DNA from: Ministeria vibrans ATCC 50519 | Lineage: Eukaryota > Protista > Filasterea | Length of the DNA: 64,000 nucleotides | NCBI GenBank assembly: GCA_943704425.1 | Contig: CALSCP010002175.1 | Location: forward strand, 1 to 64,000 | Reading direction: 5' to 3' | Shown: positions 40,201 through 53,300 of the stretch, piece after piece | How positions within the stretch are numbered: position 1 is the first letter of the stretch | How the letters are laid out: each line of letters starts with the position of its first letter | Made by a program: the position numbers and the translations under genes | The notes under the pieces: model-generated | Databases searched by the model: none | What the model was told of the DNA's origin: nothing | What the model saw: only the letters and a program-made list of their open reading frames with translations

Positions 40201-42667
40201 CCAGGTACGACACGATCGCGCCTCGCAGTTTACGGTGATGACACCGATGCCACTGACTCTCGAGGCGGGTGCCAGTGCGAGTGTCTCGGTGGACTTTGTG
40301 CCGACTGCGCTGTGCGTGTACGAGTCGGCGCTTGTTTTTGAAGCGAATTCCACATCCGCAGTGCGTGTGGCGCTGCGTGGGATTGGAGTGCCATTGGCAG
40401 TGGAGGCCGAGCCACGCGCGGTGCACTTGGGTCTACTGCGCCAGGGTCACTCTGTGACGCACAAGGTAAAGCTGCGCAATGGCTCGAGTGCCCCGGTGGA
40501 GCTCACGCTAGACACAGCGGCACTCTTTGCGTGCGGAGTGACGGTGGAACCACACGGCACAGTGCGTGTTAAGGGTGGTTCGGCTGTGACGGTGCGCATT
40601 GGATTTGAAGCGCGTGCACGCCAGGCACCCTTTGAGCATGAGGTGGTGGCGCGACTGGCAGGCAGCGGCAGCAATGTAACACTGCCGCTGTTCACTGTCT
40701 CAGGAGGTGTACAGGGAGTGAGTGCGGCCATGGACGCAAGCACGCTGGCGTTTGGAACGGTCGTGGAGGGCTCGAGTGCGACCCGCACGGTTGCCGTGCA
40801 CAACACGGGTGAGCTTGTGGCACGTTTTCGGTGGGAGGCACACGCGTGGGACTATGGACGGTTTCGGGTGGAGCCACGTGAAGGAACTGTGCCTTCGGGT
40901 GGCGCGGTGCTCATGACGGTAGTGTATGCGCCAGAGCACGCGGATTGCAAGCAGCATGTAGGGCGCAATGTGTGTCGTGTGGAGGGGTATGATGGTGCCC
41001 CGCTGACCTTGGACACGGTGGGGCAGTGTGTGGTGTCGCAGCGCAAACTTGAGCCGTTGGTGTTTCGCACACGTGTGCGTAGTAGTGACAAAGGTGATTT
41101 AAAGCATATTGCGATTGTGAACACAACCTGTGACGAATGGTTAGTGCGTCCTGAGGTGCACGGTGAGCACTGGCACAGCGATGCGTTAACGGTGCGTGTG
41201 CCTGCCGGGGAGACTGTACAGTACGCGCTGTGCTATCGCCCTGAGACGATGACTCGCGCAGCGGGACACAAGACTGTGCCACCGAGTGCTCTGCCATCGT
41301 TGCGCACTGGACGCGGCACTAGTGTGGTGGCAAAACCTGTGGACGTTGAGACGCCACTGATGAGCGACGAAACAGTGGCACGACTGCCCGAGACGCACAC
41401 CGGACAGGTGTTTATGGCGCTGCCAAATGGCGATGCGCTTACGTACCCGCTGGTGGGCCATGCAGAGGCACCCGAGGCCGCATCGCAGTGCCAGCGGGAC
41501 GTGCCCTGTCGCACACGCTACACCGAAGTGCTGCCTGTGCGCAATTGGCTCACGCGCGCGCAGCGCTTCCGTGTGACACTGACTCAGAGCGATGAGTCGA
41601 GCACGGAGCTGACGGGACTCGGTTACATTGATGTACCGGCGCTCTCGGAGGGACAGTACAAGTTAACGGTTGTGGCCCACTGCGAAGGCACGACAGCTGT
41701 GCGTGCACACTTTTGCAATGAGCGCACCGGCGAGTTTGTGTACCATTTGCTCAGCGTGCGCTCGTCGGCTAAGCACTCGGAAGAGCAAACGATTGAGCTG
41801 CGTGCGGCAGTGCGACAGCTCGTCACGCAAAGTGTTAGAGTGGAGAACCCGCTTGCAAGCGAAGTACACATGAGCGCCAGTGTCACAGGAGGAGTTGGCG
41901 GAAGAGCCGATGTGTATGTGATGGGGGAGCCGGCATTTCCACTGGGTCCAAAGGGATGTCATGAGCTCACCGTGGCATTTCGTCCGCTCAAGTTGAGCGA
42001 TGCGACAGCACGTGTGACCGTCGCGTGTGTTCAGCCACTAAATGTGTTGGCGCCCTTGGTTTACAATGTGCTGACGCGCGTGACGGGTGCGCCACCCGAG
42101 GCACCCGTGCGGTTTGGCGAGGCACCGTTGGGACGCCAAGTGATGCAGACGGTGAGGTGGACGTCGTATGCGCGAGCACGCACCGAGTACACAGTGCAGT
42201 CGTCGTTGCCAGCTGACTTTGTGGTCGTTGATCGCACGGTGACCGCGGTGAACGGGTCTTCCTCGGCCGTGGGTGTGGAGGTTGCTGTCGATGTGGTCTT
42301 TGATCCGAGAGCAATTGGTGTGGCTCGAGCACAGCTCGCAGTGAGCTCTGCCACCGGTGGTGACTATGTGATACCACTGGTGGGCGAGTGTGTTGCGCCC
42401 GAGCCTCAAGGTCCCGTGGCAGTGCGCAGCGGTGGTAATGGCTCGACAGTGACCTTTCGCAATCCACTGGCGCACTCGACGACGTTCACCTTTCGCTGCG
42501 ACTCGTCCGCCTTTGTACTCAAGTCGGCTGCATCCGAGAAGATTGGAGCACGAAAGTCGGTGCAGGTGCAGGTGAGAGCGGCGGGAGACGCTGGAGCTGT
42601 GGCAATGGGCAGTCTTGTTGTGAGCGGGGGTGGTTATGATTGGGTGTATTATTTGAGGAGGAGTTGA
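28231..42667 (+). CDS. HYDIN: Hydin, ciliary central-pair protein (exons about 28231-28440, 28519-28704, 28789-29788, 29841-42667)
   Basis: N-terminal LFQPFPSQIIFQNW...VPLVLRN, many ASH-like repeats, central adenylate-kinase-like region with coiled coil (LSEDDYDAL), TMMFQARV, LPVRNWL...QRFRV and terminal WVYYLR. About 4700 aa. Confidence 0.93.
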
Positions 42668-42994
42668 AAATAACCACTTGCAGTATCATTATTTTAGTGA
42701 ATCAATGAAAACGTATTTATAACAATAATAACAGCTCTCGATTCTCAAATTTGTGTGTCCCATTAACATTACAGGTTTTGTTTCCACAGACGTACTCCGC
42801 TTGGATCAAATCCAATCAACTTATTCGTTTTTACTTCTTCTACCTTATGTTTTGTTTTGACATTGAGTACAGCTCTCGATTCTCTATAATTATTTTATTT
42901 TCCTGTGTTTCATTAAAATAAATAATAAAAATTTATTTTATTAATTCTTTTATTTTCCTAATTATCGAACTTTTCATTACATTTTTCTCCTCTT

Positions 42995-44925
42995 ATGACT
43001 TCGTTGTGCGCTTCGCCAACGTGGCGCGGCAAGCAGTATGCGCTTGTGCTTGGACGAGGTGTTTACGACACACACTTGGTCAACGGTCGACCCGCCGGCC
43101 CGCTGTGCCTCGGCCCGCTCACCGGAGTCCTCCCCACTGTCCGTCGCGTCGCTGTGTATCTCGCTCGCATCGGCTACTCCGTTGTTGCCGTTGCCGACGA
43201 CGAGATGATTCCTGACAGCGACAAAGACACTGAACTCAGCAGAGACGCACTGCGCTTTGCTGATCAAGGCCGCATCCAATGGATCCAGAAGCCCACCAAG
43301 CGCATCACCATTCGCACAGCCATCAAATCGCTTGCGGCTGCCTTCCCTAACGCCCCTCCGGCGCCGATTGACGAGATGATCGTGTACATTTGTGGCCACG
43401 GACTTGACCCCAGCCGTAGCACCGATAGGGCGTACGGCGTTGCCCTTGCCGACGTGGAGCCGCCAGAACACTCAGACGATGACCAGTACAACCATCTGTA
43501 CTCGATTGAGATGCTCAAGAACGACCTGGCAGTGGGCGACACGCACGACCGCTGGGGCACCACACTTGTCATCCTCGACACCTGCCACTCCGCCTCAGCA
43601 TTCCAGAGCGTCATGTCAGCAGCACCAACGGTCAGCCGATATGGCATGTTTGCCGACGACGATGCGCAGGGTTTCTACACGACCCGGTCGTACCACTGCC
43701 TGGCTGCAGCTCCCGCATTGGAGCCCGCTTTTTGCTGGCCAGACGGCACGCTGCTGCACGATGCTCTCCATCGCGTGTGGTGGAACCTGTCGACCTCCTT
43801 AGAGTCTGTCTTCCGTCGTGATGGGGGTGAGCTTGTCGAGTGGGCGACGTCCAACTCGGTTGCGAACCGTGTAAACGCTGCATTCGACACGATTATTGCC
43901 GAGTACAAGCAGAAGCACCCTGATGAAGACCTCGACTACTACCGCCAAGCCTGTGCACACCACCGCCTTTTGTGGCCCAACGACACATCCGTTGGCAACG
44001 GCGAGTTCGTCGTCTTTAATCACGTTGCTCTTCCTGCTCCACCATCTGCGGGTAAGAGTTTGGTTGTGCTCTTCTCTCTGACGTGTTAATTTTTTTGTTT
44101 CGCCCGTCAGTCCCTTCTGTTCCTGGTATTTACTCGCATGCTGCTGCTCTGATTGTGGCAGTGAGCCGGTATCAGTCTTCGGAAAATTCTGCATTGGCCG
44201 ATTTTACAGACCTGAGGGGCGTTCGTTCAAGTGCGCGTCATTTGTCGCGACTGTGGAACGATCGTGGGTTCAAAGTGGAGTCAGTGGTTGACTTTCATAA
44301 GGGTGATTGGGTCACCAAAGGCAAAATTATCGGTGCCGCACGAAAGTTAGCAACGCACGCTACAGAAAGAGGAGGAGGGCTGGACAGCTTATTAATTGTT
44401 CATCTTATTGGACACGGAGCAGAGAATGGGGATGCGGGGCTTCTGTTGAGCGACGCGTGGGTGAGGCCAGATGGCTCGTTGACACACCTTTCTTCTCGTG
44501 GTCTTTATCACATTTTGGAGGATGAAGTCGGCTGGGTTGGGTGCAACATTCTTCTGATGTGCGACTGTGGCAATGGCGGTGGGATGTTTAGGCCGCAAGA
44601 CGATCTGGCAATGAGTGAGAGCGAATTCACGAAAGGGTACGCTCGACGACTGATTGCCAGCTGCCTCAGAGGAACTTCTTCTTATACCAGATCTGATAAT
44701 ACTAACTTTACTGAGAAACTTCTTGACGCTTTGGGTGCGGATTGTTCCATCTTTCGAGAGGGTGAAGAGTTTGTGGGTGTCGCTGAACTGTGTCGGCGGT
44801 TGAACCGTCTCGATCCTTGCTCGCCCCAAAAGGCAACGGTTGGGCGCATTTGGGACGACTGGAGTGGAGGAATGCCCAACACTGGTGACATCCGCATCTA
44901 TCGCAACGGCAGTGGTGTCGCATAA
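42995..44925 (+). CDS. Tandem double caspase-like (clan CD, peptidase C14) protein, intron 44052-44110, about 623 aa
   Basis: Domain 1: IVYICGHG...LVILDTCHS. Domain 2: ALIVAVSRY...LIVHLIGHG...LLMCDCGNGG...FTEKLLDAL. A phase-1 GTAAG..CAG intron joins the two ORFs in frame. Confidence 0.8.
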
Positions 44926-45092
44926 TACAACGGCAAATGGACAGAGAGGGAGGAGGCGTGAACGAAAAATATAATTCATAAGCGTTTGTATAAAAAAATA
45001 ACATTTGCATAACAAAAATCACAATTTTACATTACACCTTCTTTAAAAACACATAAGTATCATGTGCCACAACACACAGAAAGTACACATCC

Positions 45093-46481
45093 TCAGCCAA
45101 TCCACGAGTAGTCATCCCCATCGTCAACATAAGGCTCACACAGTCCATGAAAGCGCGTCGCATTCCACTCCTGCATGCGAATATCCTCGACAATACGCAG
45201 CGACGACAGCACCGTCATGCACACACACGCAAGCAGAATGTAGATTGCCAGCGCAAACAGAATAGGTGAGCTGCGTTGCGTGCGACGGACAATGAGCTGC
45301 ATGAGCTGTGCGCCAATCAGCGCCGAAGCGGACCCAGACGCAAAGAGAGCCGCAGCAAAGGCAGGGGGGAGCAGGCCATTGGCAGCATAGGCAGCCATGG
45401 TCAGTGAGCATGTAGTGAGTAGCATGAGCTGCGAGGAGACGCGCGCAGTTCCGGGGGACAGCCCAATGTGCAGTAAAAGAGGGGTTTTGATGGTGGAGCC
45501 GCCAATGCCCGCAAAAGCACTAAGAAAGCCCGCACAGAAACTGAAGAGAGTGAAGAGTATGGTACGGGTGCTGCTGACGGACCAGCGACGAGCCAAAATA
45601 GAATTGGGCGAGGCACTGGCTAGGGAGCGCAGATGACGAACATTGAAGATGGTCAGGAGACAGAGAATGACAATAGGTGCGAAGGAGATGAGCCACGACA
45701 GGGTGCTGCCGCAGGGCACACCAACAAGACTGGGAGAGCCGGGAGACGAACTGTTGGACAAGAGAGTGGTGGTGAGGAGTAAGAGCCAGGAAAAGGTAAC
45801 GTGAAGAAGACAGCGACGGCGCAGCGATTGAATCGAGACGTCTGTGTCGTTGCGATCAGCGGGAGGTGCGCGTGTCTTCGCCTTGCGCCGCGTTGTTGAG
45901 GCAGAAGACGCGGAGCGTGACACCATGGCAATAGACTCGCGCTGGCCGTCGTCGTATGCGAACAAGTCCTCGTCGTCCTCGTCGTCCTCGTCGCCGTCAT
46001 TGTCGTCGTTTGTGTTGCTGTCGCAAGTTCGCTCATCCACCAACGTTTCCTCCGCGAGCAGTACGCGCTCCTTACGCATCTTCTGCACTGCTTTGCGCCA
46101 CGTGAGGACAAACGACAAAAGCAGAAGCATGACCAGGCACGCAGCGACGAACCAGAAGGGCGACATGATGGCGAGGCGCGCGCCAAGCGGAGCGGCCGCA
46201 AGCGTCGCAGGCTCCAAAATCAAAATAACGTCCCATGCGACCGATTCGGCGGCGCTTCCGTCGCGCTCGGTCGCTCGCTGCCGCCGCAGATACATTCCGA
46301 TGTAGACGAGCGCCGCGCCAAGCACAGAGACCTTGCTGAGCGGAATGGCGGTGTCGAGAAAGTGAAAGACTAAAATCAGGTAAGGAATGAGAACTGCGCC
46401 ACCGCCGACGCCCGCTGTGCCGGCCCCGATGCCCGTGGCAAACAGGCCGATCCACTTGAATGTTGTTGCAACCGCAGACAT
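45093..46481 (-). CDS. Sulfite exporter TauE/SafE family transporter, intronless
   Basis: AGVGGGAVLIPYL, AIPLSK and a second repeat AGIGGSTIKTPLLL; two hydrophobic halves around an acidic loop. Confidence 0.9.
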   Translation of the reverse strand: MSAVATTFKWIGLFATGIGAGTAGVGGGAVLIPYLILVFHFLDTAIPLSKVSVLGAALVYIGMYLRRQRATERDGSAAESVAWDVILILEPATLAAAPLGARLAIMSPFWFVAACLVMLLLLSFVLTWRKAVQKMRKERVLLAEETLVDERTCDSNTNDDNDGDEDDEDDEDLFAYDDGQRESIAMVSRSASSASTTRRKAKTRAPPADRNDTDVSIQSLRRRCLLHVTFSWLLLLTTTLLSNSSSPGSPSLVGVPCGSTLSWLISFAPIVILCLLTIFNVRHLRSLASASPNSILARRWSVSSTRTILFTLFSFCAGFLSAFAGIGGSTIKTPLLLHIGLSPGTARVSSQLMLLTTCSLTMAAYAANGLLPPAFAAALFASGSASALIGAQLMQLIVRRTQRSSPILFALAIYILLACVCMTVLSSLRIVEDIRMQEWNATRFHGLCEPYVDDGDDYSWIG

Positions 46482-46878
46482 AATAACATGTGCGTGAATA
46501 AAATTATTATTAATGATTACAGTGAGTATTGTGATCATTATCGCAATCCACAAGTGATCGCAATTGTACGCCCATACCCTAGCAAGTAGGAGCTTGGCCA
46601 AATACGCCACTAGTAACTAGTTGCTTTCTAGTTCCTGCTGAAGGCTCTGGCTTCTAAGTCTCGGACAAGTGACAAGCAAAAAAAAAAGAGGAATGAAAAC
46701 AAAAATAATGTAAATTATCGTGTCGTTATTTTGGAAAAAATGATACTCAAAATAAAAACTCTTCTCATTGATATTTTCGCCGTTGAGCGCCTTGCCGCCT
46801 TCTCAACTCGCGCAAGCGTGACTGTAACCGACTGACCCATTTTTTTTCTTCTTCACTTTTTGAGTGTTTGCGACTGCG

Positions 46879-49800
46879 ATGGAGTGCAATGCGCTGACCA
46901 AGCAGCTTTCGACAGTGTCGTCGCTGAGCGATGTTGTCCCGCTCCACTCGCTCTCCCTCGGCGGTCTCAGCGGCCGCCGGGAGACGCTGGTAGACGACCT
47001 TGAAGATGAGGCTCCCAGTGATCTTAGCAGCAGTCTCGCGCACCGTCGATTCAACGCACAAGCTGGTACTCAGCAGTGCACATTGAGACAATGGAAGCAC
47101 CTTGATTATTAATTGTTTCCCACGCTCTCCTTCTCTCCTCTCCCAGGCCACAAGCGCTCTACCGTTCTCGCCGTCTCTCTTGCAATTCTGTTTGTTGTCG
47201 GTGTGGCGGTCGGCGCTGGCGTCGCCGTGGGCCTGGACGAGCGCACGGCGGCCTCTTCGTCGTCGTCATCAACAACATCAACAACTGTGCCACTGCTGAC
47301 AGCGTCGCTCACCGTCACGCTCGCATCCACCACCGCAGCTGCCCTGCAGGACGCTCTTGCCTCTCTCATGGGCGTCCCGGTCGCCATGGTCTACGTTTCG
47401 TCTGCAAATCATTCGTTGACGCTATCAGCAAATTCGACCTCTCTTCGTGCAAACGCACGCGCCAACTTGGTGGCCGCTGCGCAGGCCAACGACCCGCGTC
47501 TGCTTGCTCTTGGCGTCGTTTACGTGGAACTGTCGACCACAGAGCAGTATGAGCTCGACAATTGTGTTTCCTCGCCCTGTCTCAATAGCGGCAGCTGTTC
47601 CGACACATCCCAAGGATTCAGCTGCTCGTGCGCCGCAGGGTTTACAGGCGCCGCTTGCACTGACCCCATCGACGAGTGTGACAGTTCTCCTTGCCAAAAT
47701 GGAGCGACGTGCGTCGAAGGATCGGCTGCCTACTCGTGTCTGTGCGACGCGGCGTATGTCGGCGCTCATTGCGCAACGACCGGCGCGCTTGTTGCTCCCT
47801 TCACCCCAGTCACGTTCACCCTTCCCAACGGCGACTTGCAACTTGCCGTTCTAAACGGTACCTTCAACGAGGCCGTCACGATCACTGTCGAGGAAGTTGC
47901 GTCGAGCTCAGCAGCCATCCCATCGCACATCAACACCACTGGAAATGCCGTCTACCGCGTCGACTTTTCGCCGACCAATGCAACACTTCATCACAACCTT
48001 GACGTGGCCGTTGCCAACCATGTTGGACCCGGTGCTCAACTTTACTTTGCAGCCGGTGGAACCAGTGTGTACGTTGTGGCGTCGCCCCACAGCAGCGGCG
48101 GCACAGTGGGCCGTCGCTCGGCTGCCTGTGCTCCCAACACTATCTGTGGCTCCATTCCCGGTAGCGGTACCGTTTTTGCCGGTGATCCTAACGAGTGCGC
48201 GAGCAATCCATGTGAGAATGGTGCCACCTGTACCGGCGCACTAGATGCCACTTCCTTTGTCTGTGACTGCCCCTCCGGCTACGAGGGTCCCACGTGCGGC
48301 TCGACTGTCAACGAGTGTGCCAGCGCGCCCTGTGAGAATGGCGGTGATTGCTTCGACCTGTTTAACGGCTACCGCTGCGACTGTCCTGTTGGATTTGAAG
48401 GCGACACCTGTGCGCTTCTCTCGAACCCCTGCCTTTCCACCCCCTGTGCCAATGGGGGCGCCTGCTCGCACAATGGCTCGCACTACGAGTGTGCCTGTGC
48501 CGCTGGGTACACTGGTACTCATTGTGCAAGCGACATTGACGAGTGTGACGACGAGCCCTGTGCCAACGATGGTACTTGCACCGACGAGGTCAACGGGTTT
48601 GTGTGTGCCTGCTCTGCCGGCTTCACCGGCAGCCAGTGCGACGAGAATATTGACGAGTGCGCCTCGTCGCCGTGTGCCGCCGGTGGCACCTGCATTGATG
48701 GGCTGCTCTCGTGGGTGTGCCTGTGCAACCGTGGCCTTCAGCTTCCTCTTTGCACCGGCGTCAGTGTCAGTGGCACCGTTGTTCATGACGATACCCTCTC
48801 GCCCATTGCCGGTGCTCACGTCACGGTGGGTGGCACAGCGCAAGTTGTCACGGACTTGCAAGGCCAGTACACTGTCGTGGATGCGCCAGTGGGGCTGCAG
48901 GATGTCGCAGTGAGCGCCGCAACCTACGCAGTCGCCGTCTTCCTGGTCAACGTCACCGCCGACGCCACTCTAAATGGCAACAACACGCATCGCATGGTGT
49001 CCCAGCGAACTCGTCTTGTCTCGTCCAGTCCCCTTGATGGCGAAAGCGAAATTGCACGCACACGTGAAACAGTCTTGTACTTCAGCAGGCCCCTCAATGC
49101 CAGTACGGTCAGCAACACCTCCGTGACCGCTCGCGTTGCAGGTGGTGCCCCACTTCCAGCACGCGTGCACCTCTCGCCCACCGGCACCGCCGTCACACTC
49201 TTCTACCATTCGCTCTTGCCCGACAGCGCACGCATTGAAGTCACTGCAGCCGGTGCGGCCATTGTGGATCTCCAGGGTCTCGCACTCGTCACCACGTACA
49301 CGGTCACATTTGATACACTCTCGGCCACTCCAGTCAACGCTACCACCGTCTGTGGTCGCGTCATTGCCTCGGAAATTGTCAATACCAGTACCGTGAACGC
49401 GCTGCCACTCAACGACGCTCTTCCCAACGTCCTCATCACAGTCGATGGTCTCGAGGACACGCACTTCACAACCACCGACGCCAACGGCAACTTTGAGCTG
49501 CACAACACGCCTGCCGGACGCATCTTTGTTCATGTCAACGGCAAGACAGCTACCGGCCCTCTTGTCACACCCGGCGCATACTTTCCCTCCGTCGGCAAAG
49601 CCTGGTCCGTCACAGCCGGACAGCTCAACAACGTCGGTACCATCTACCTCCCCAAAATCATCAACGGCACCCTCGTCACCATTGCTGGTAACGCCTCCTC
49701 GACCATCTACTTTCCTGGCGCCATTGTCGCCGCCAACCCAGCCTACGCGCAAGTGAGCATCACCGTCCCTGCTCGTTCACTCCTCGACGCATCAGGCGCA

Positions 49801-50326
49801 CCCAGTTCCTCGGCCCAGGTGGGTCTTGCTCCCGTCGATCCCACTCGCCTTCCGGGCACTCTTCCTTCCCAGTTTACCACACCAGTACAAACCAAACCGC
49901 AACCACTGCAAGACAGCACAATACTACCAACTCACACTGAGTTAATTTCCGTTTCCCTTTCAGATCGTGATCACAATCCAGTCGACTGCACCCAACTTTG
50001 ACGTACCCGCTCCCGTTTGCTTCCCCAACCTGCCCTTGGAGAACGGTACCCTGATCTTGGCTCCCAATGACACTAGTGCTCTCTATTCGTTCAACCATGA
50101 CAGCGGAAAATTCGAGATTGTTGGGCCAATGACTGTCACCGCAGGTACGAAACCCCCACCATGCAACACCCCATCAGTGATTGATATTCTCTCTTATACA
50201 ATCAGACGGACAACTTGTGTGCTCTGATCCTGGCTATGGGGTGCTTGCTCCTGGTTGGCACGTGCAAAACCCAGGCACACAAGTAAGAGAAAGGAGAGGG
50301 AAAAAAACAAAGTGATAGAGAGACAA

Positions 50327-50359
<33 letters not shown>

Positions 50360-53300
50360 AAAGAGAGAGAGAGAAAGAGAGAGAGAGAGACAGAGAGAGA
50401 CAGAGAGAGACACTAATTAATACGCACAAAACTTCTTCTCTTTGCCCTTCTTTTTAAACACTATAATTTTCTATTTTCAGGCTGAGGGTGAGAAGCCCAA
50501 TGATCGCTCAGAGGATGGGGCGTGTGCAGCCTTTGGTGATCAGTGCACAAATGCGCAGGAGGCGCTCAAGGAGACCAATGCGTGCATCAAGAAAGTCTAC
50601 GACACGCCACAGCGCATGCCCCACAAGTGTGTCATCAAATTCGAAGAAAATGTTCACAAGCAACTCTTGAATGTCCACAAGAAGATCAAGAAACTGCCCA
50701 AGAAATCATCAGAGTGTCGCAAGGCTTTCCGCGAAATTCTCACCGAGGTCAGTGAGGTCACGACGGTCTGCAAGAGCTCCACCTCATGTCAGTACATTTG
50801 GGCGCCCGGCAAAGTGTGCACCAACGTCTTCAATCCTGTAAGACCGGTCAAGTTGAACGCTCGTCACAGCCCTCATGTTGTTGTTCTTTGGTTTAACCAT
50901 TGCTGCGTGGTTGTTGTAGGAGACGCGCGCCATTGCGAACAAGCTGGATGAATTTGGCAAGACGTGCTTTGCGGCAAAATTTGATAAGGCGCTGGATGAC
51001 TGTGTAGGCAAGCTGTGCGAGAAGCTACCGGGTCTCGAACGACGTCTCAACACCATGCTCATCCGCGACATCAAAATGGGCTCCATTACGCAGATCTGCG
51101 ATCAGACAACACAGGTGGAGCGTAAGATGCGTGACTTCACGGAAGATGTCGTGTGCGACGACGACGACAACGACGACGTGGCCTCCTCATCTGCCATGCC
51201 CTCGCCCACTCCAACTCCCACCGCGCTTTTCAATGCGTCTCTCTTTAACGTGTCACTTGTGGCCAACGCGTCCGAGTCTCTTTTGCACGATCTTCAGAAT
51301 CTCACTGCCACCTTTTTTGACTTGGCCGAGGCCAATCGAGCGCTGCCGTCCGAGCGTGAGCTTGACTTGGAGCTAGAGAACATGCGCGCGGCGCTCAACG
51401 ATGCCTTCTACGCGCTAGCCGAGAGTGCCGCCGCCACCAAGGCCATTGCAGCTGTGTCCACATCGCGCCGCTACTACTACAAGTTGTCGTTGCGCAACGG
51501 CACTGTTGACTTTCGAGGCGAGTCCACCTCGCTCGGGGGCGTCGTCAGTCTCAATCTGGCCCCGCGCGTTGACTACGTCCTCAGTGTGTATGTGCCTCAT
51601 GGCAACCGCATCGGTTCATCCGAGGGCTTTACCAACGCCAACGGGCTTATCACGCACCTGATTCGTCCGTTTCTTCGTGACATTGCCTCATTCGACAGCG
51701 ACACCGACACCGACGGCCTCTCCGACGAAGCCGAGGACATCGTCGGGACCAACGCCGCCAAGGCGGACACGGACGATGACGGCGTGTCTGACTTTGTCGA
51801 GCTCCAGCTGGGCACCGATCCCCTGAGTGGACTTGTTGCGCGCACGGGTATCATTGACTCGGTCGGATTAACTGGACTTCTTGGCGTGTGTGGTGTTGAT
51901 GATGGAGTCATTGCTGTACGGACGAACAAAATCTTCCGTTCCACTACTCACTCATTTTCTTCAACTTTTCTTAGGTGCTCTCGTCTAACAGTGTTTCGCT
52001 CTTCAACACATTTATGGGGCTCACACCCGTTCTCATTGGACAGGTGGCGTCTTTTCCGTTTGACATGACGCAAATTAGCTGTTCTGCGGCTTTTGTGGCG
52101 GTCGCACACCGAACGACCGTGTCGCTCATGAATGTGACTGACTTGAGTCGACGCACTGTGGCAATGCGAGCGGGCACTGTGGTGAAAACCGATGTCAATG
52201 GGAAGCTGTGTGTGGTTCTGTCGCATCAGTCGACTGTGAGTGTGCTGAGTCTGATTGACACACGCACCGCAGTGGTCCTCCGACAGATGACGTTTGGAGA
52301 GACACAACTTGACGTGAAGCTTGAGACCAGCACCAACCGCATTTTTGTCGTCTCCTCTTCGCTTCTCAGCACATTTGAAGTGAACCAACTGGGATTCAAT
52401 CTGTTGGACACTGCCACCAATGCCAATGGTCCCACTTTAGCGTCGGAAGCAAGCATCTTTATTGGTAACGTACAATAATCTAATTATTAATGAGTTTGGG
52501 TTTTCAAAGCCGTGCTTATATTGTTTTTCTTGTTGTATTGCTCAGGTCAAGACTATCTTCACTCTGTGGTTGATCTTGGATTTAATACATTTACTCTGCC
52601 CTCGTCAACCTCAATTGTGCCCTCCGTCTTTAGCCAGTACCGCTTCAACGGCAATTGGAGGTCGATCCTCTCTGGTACGAAACAAAACGAACCCGAAATT
52701 TGTTTTGTTTGTTTCATTACTGATCTTCTCGCTCTTCTCTATCCGCCTCCTATTTATAACCATATAGTCGATAGTCGTCGTGCTGTTGCGATTATGGGAC
52801 CGTCACAGTTTGTTTCCTTGTTTGACATGTCCGATCTGGCTGTGACCAAAGATCGGTCAGAGATCAGAAATGGAAGAAAATTTATTCTCCTCTTAATTTA
52901 ACCACCATCCTTTATTAGGTTTCTTGCTCTTTTTGACACGGGTGCAATAACCAAGCAAATTGCTATTCACGATGGGTTTGTGTATGGAGTCACAGGTCGA
53001 GGATTACAGGTTCGCATACCATTTATAATAATGACGCTATTATTAATAATAATAATAATAATAATAATTATTATTATTATTTTTTATTAATTATTATATT
53101 TTTGTTATATTTTCGTTTAGGTCATCTCAATTTTGTCTGCGGACGTTCAAAACCAACAACCGACAGTCTCTTTGACTTTCAGCTCCAACGTTGTCAACGG
53201 TCGAGTCTCGTCCAATTCGCTCTTTGGCGTCAGTGCAAGCGCAGTCGACGATGTTCTTGTGCGTCGCGTCGACTTTCGGTACACAGTATGTAAATCGACT

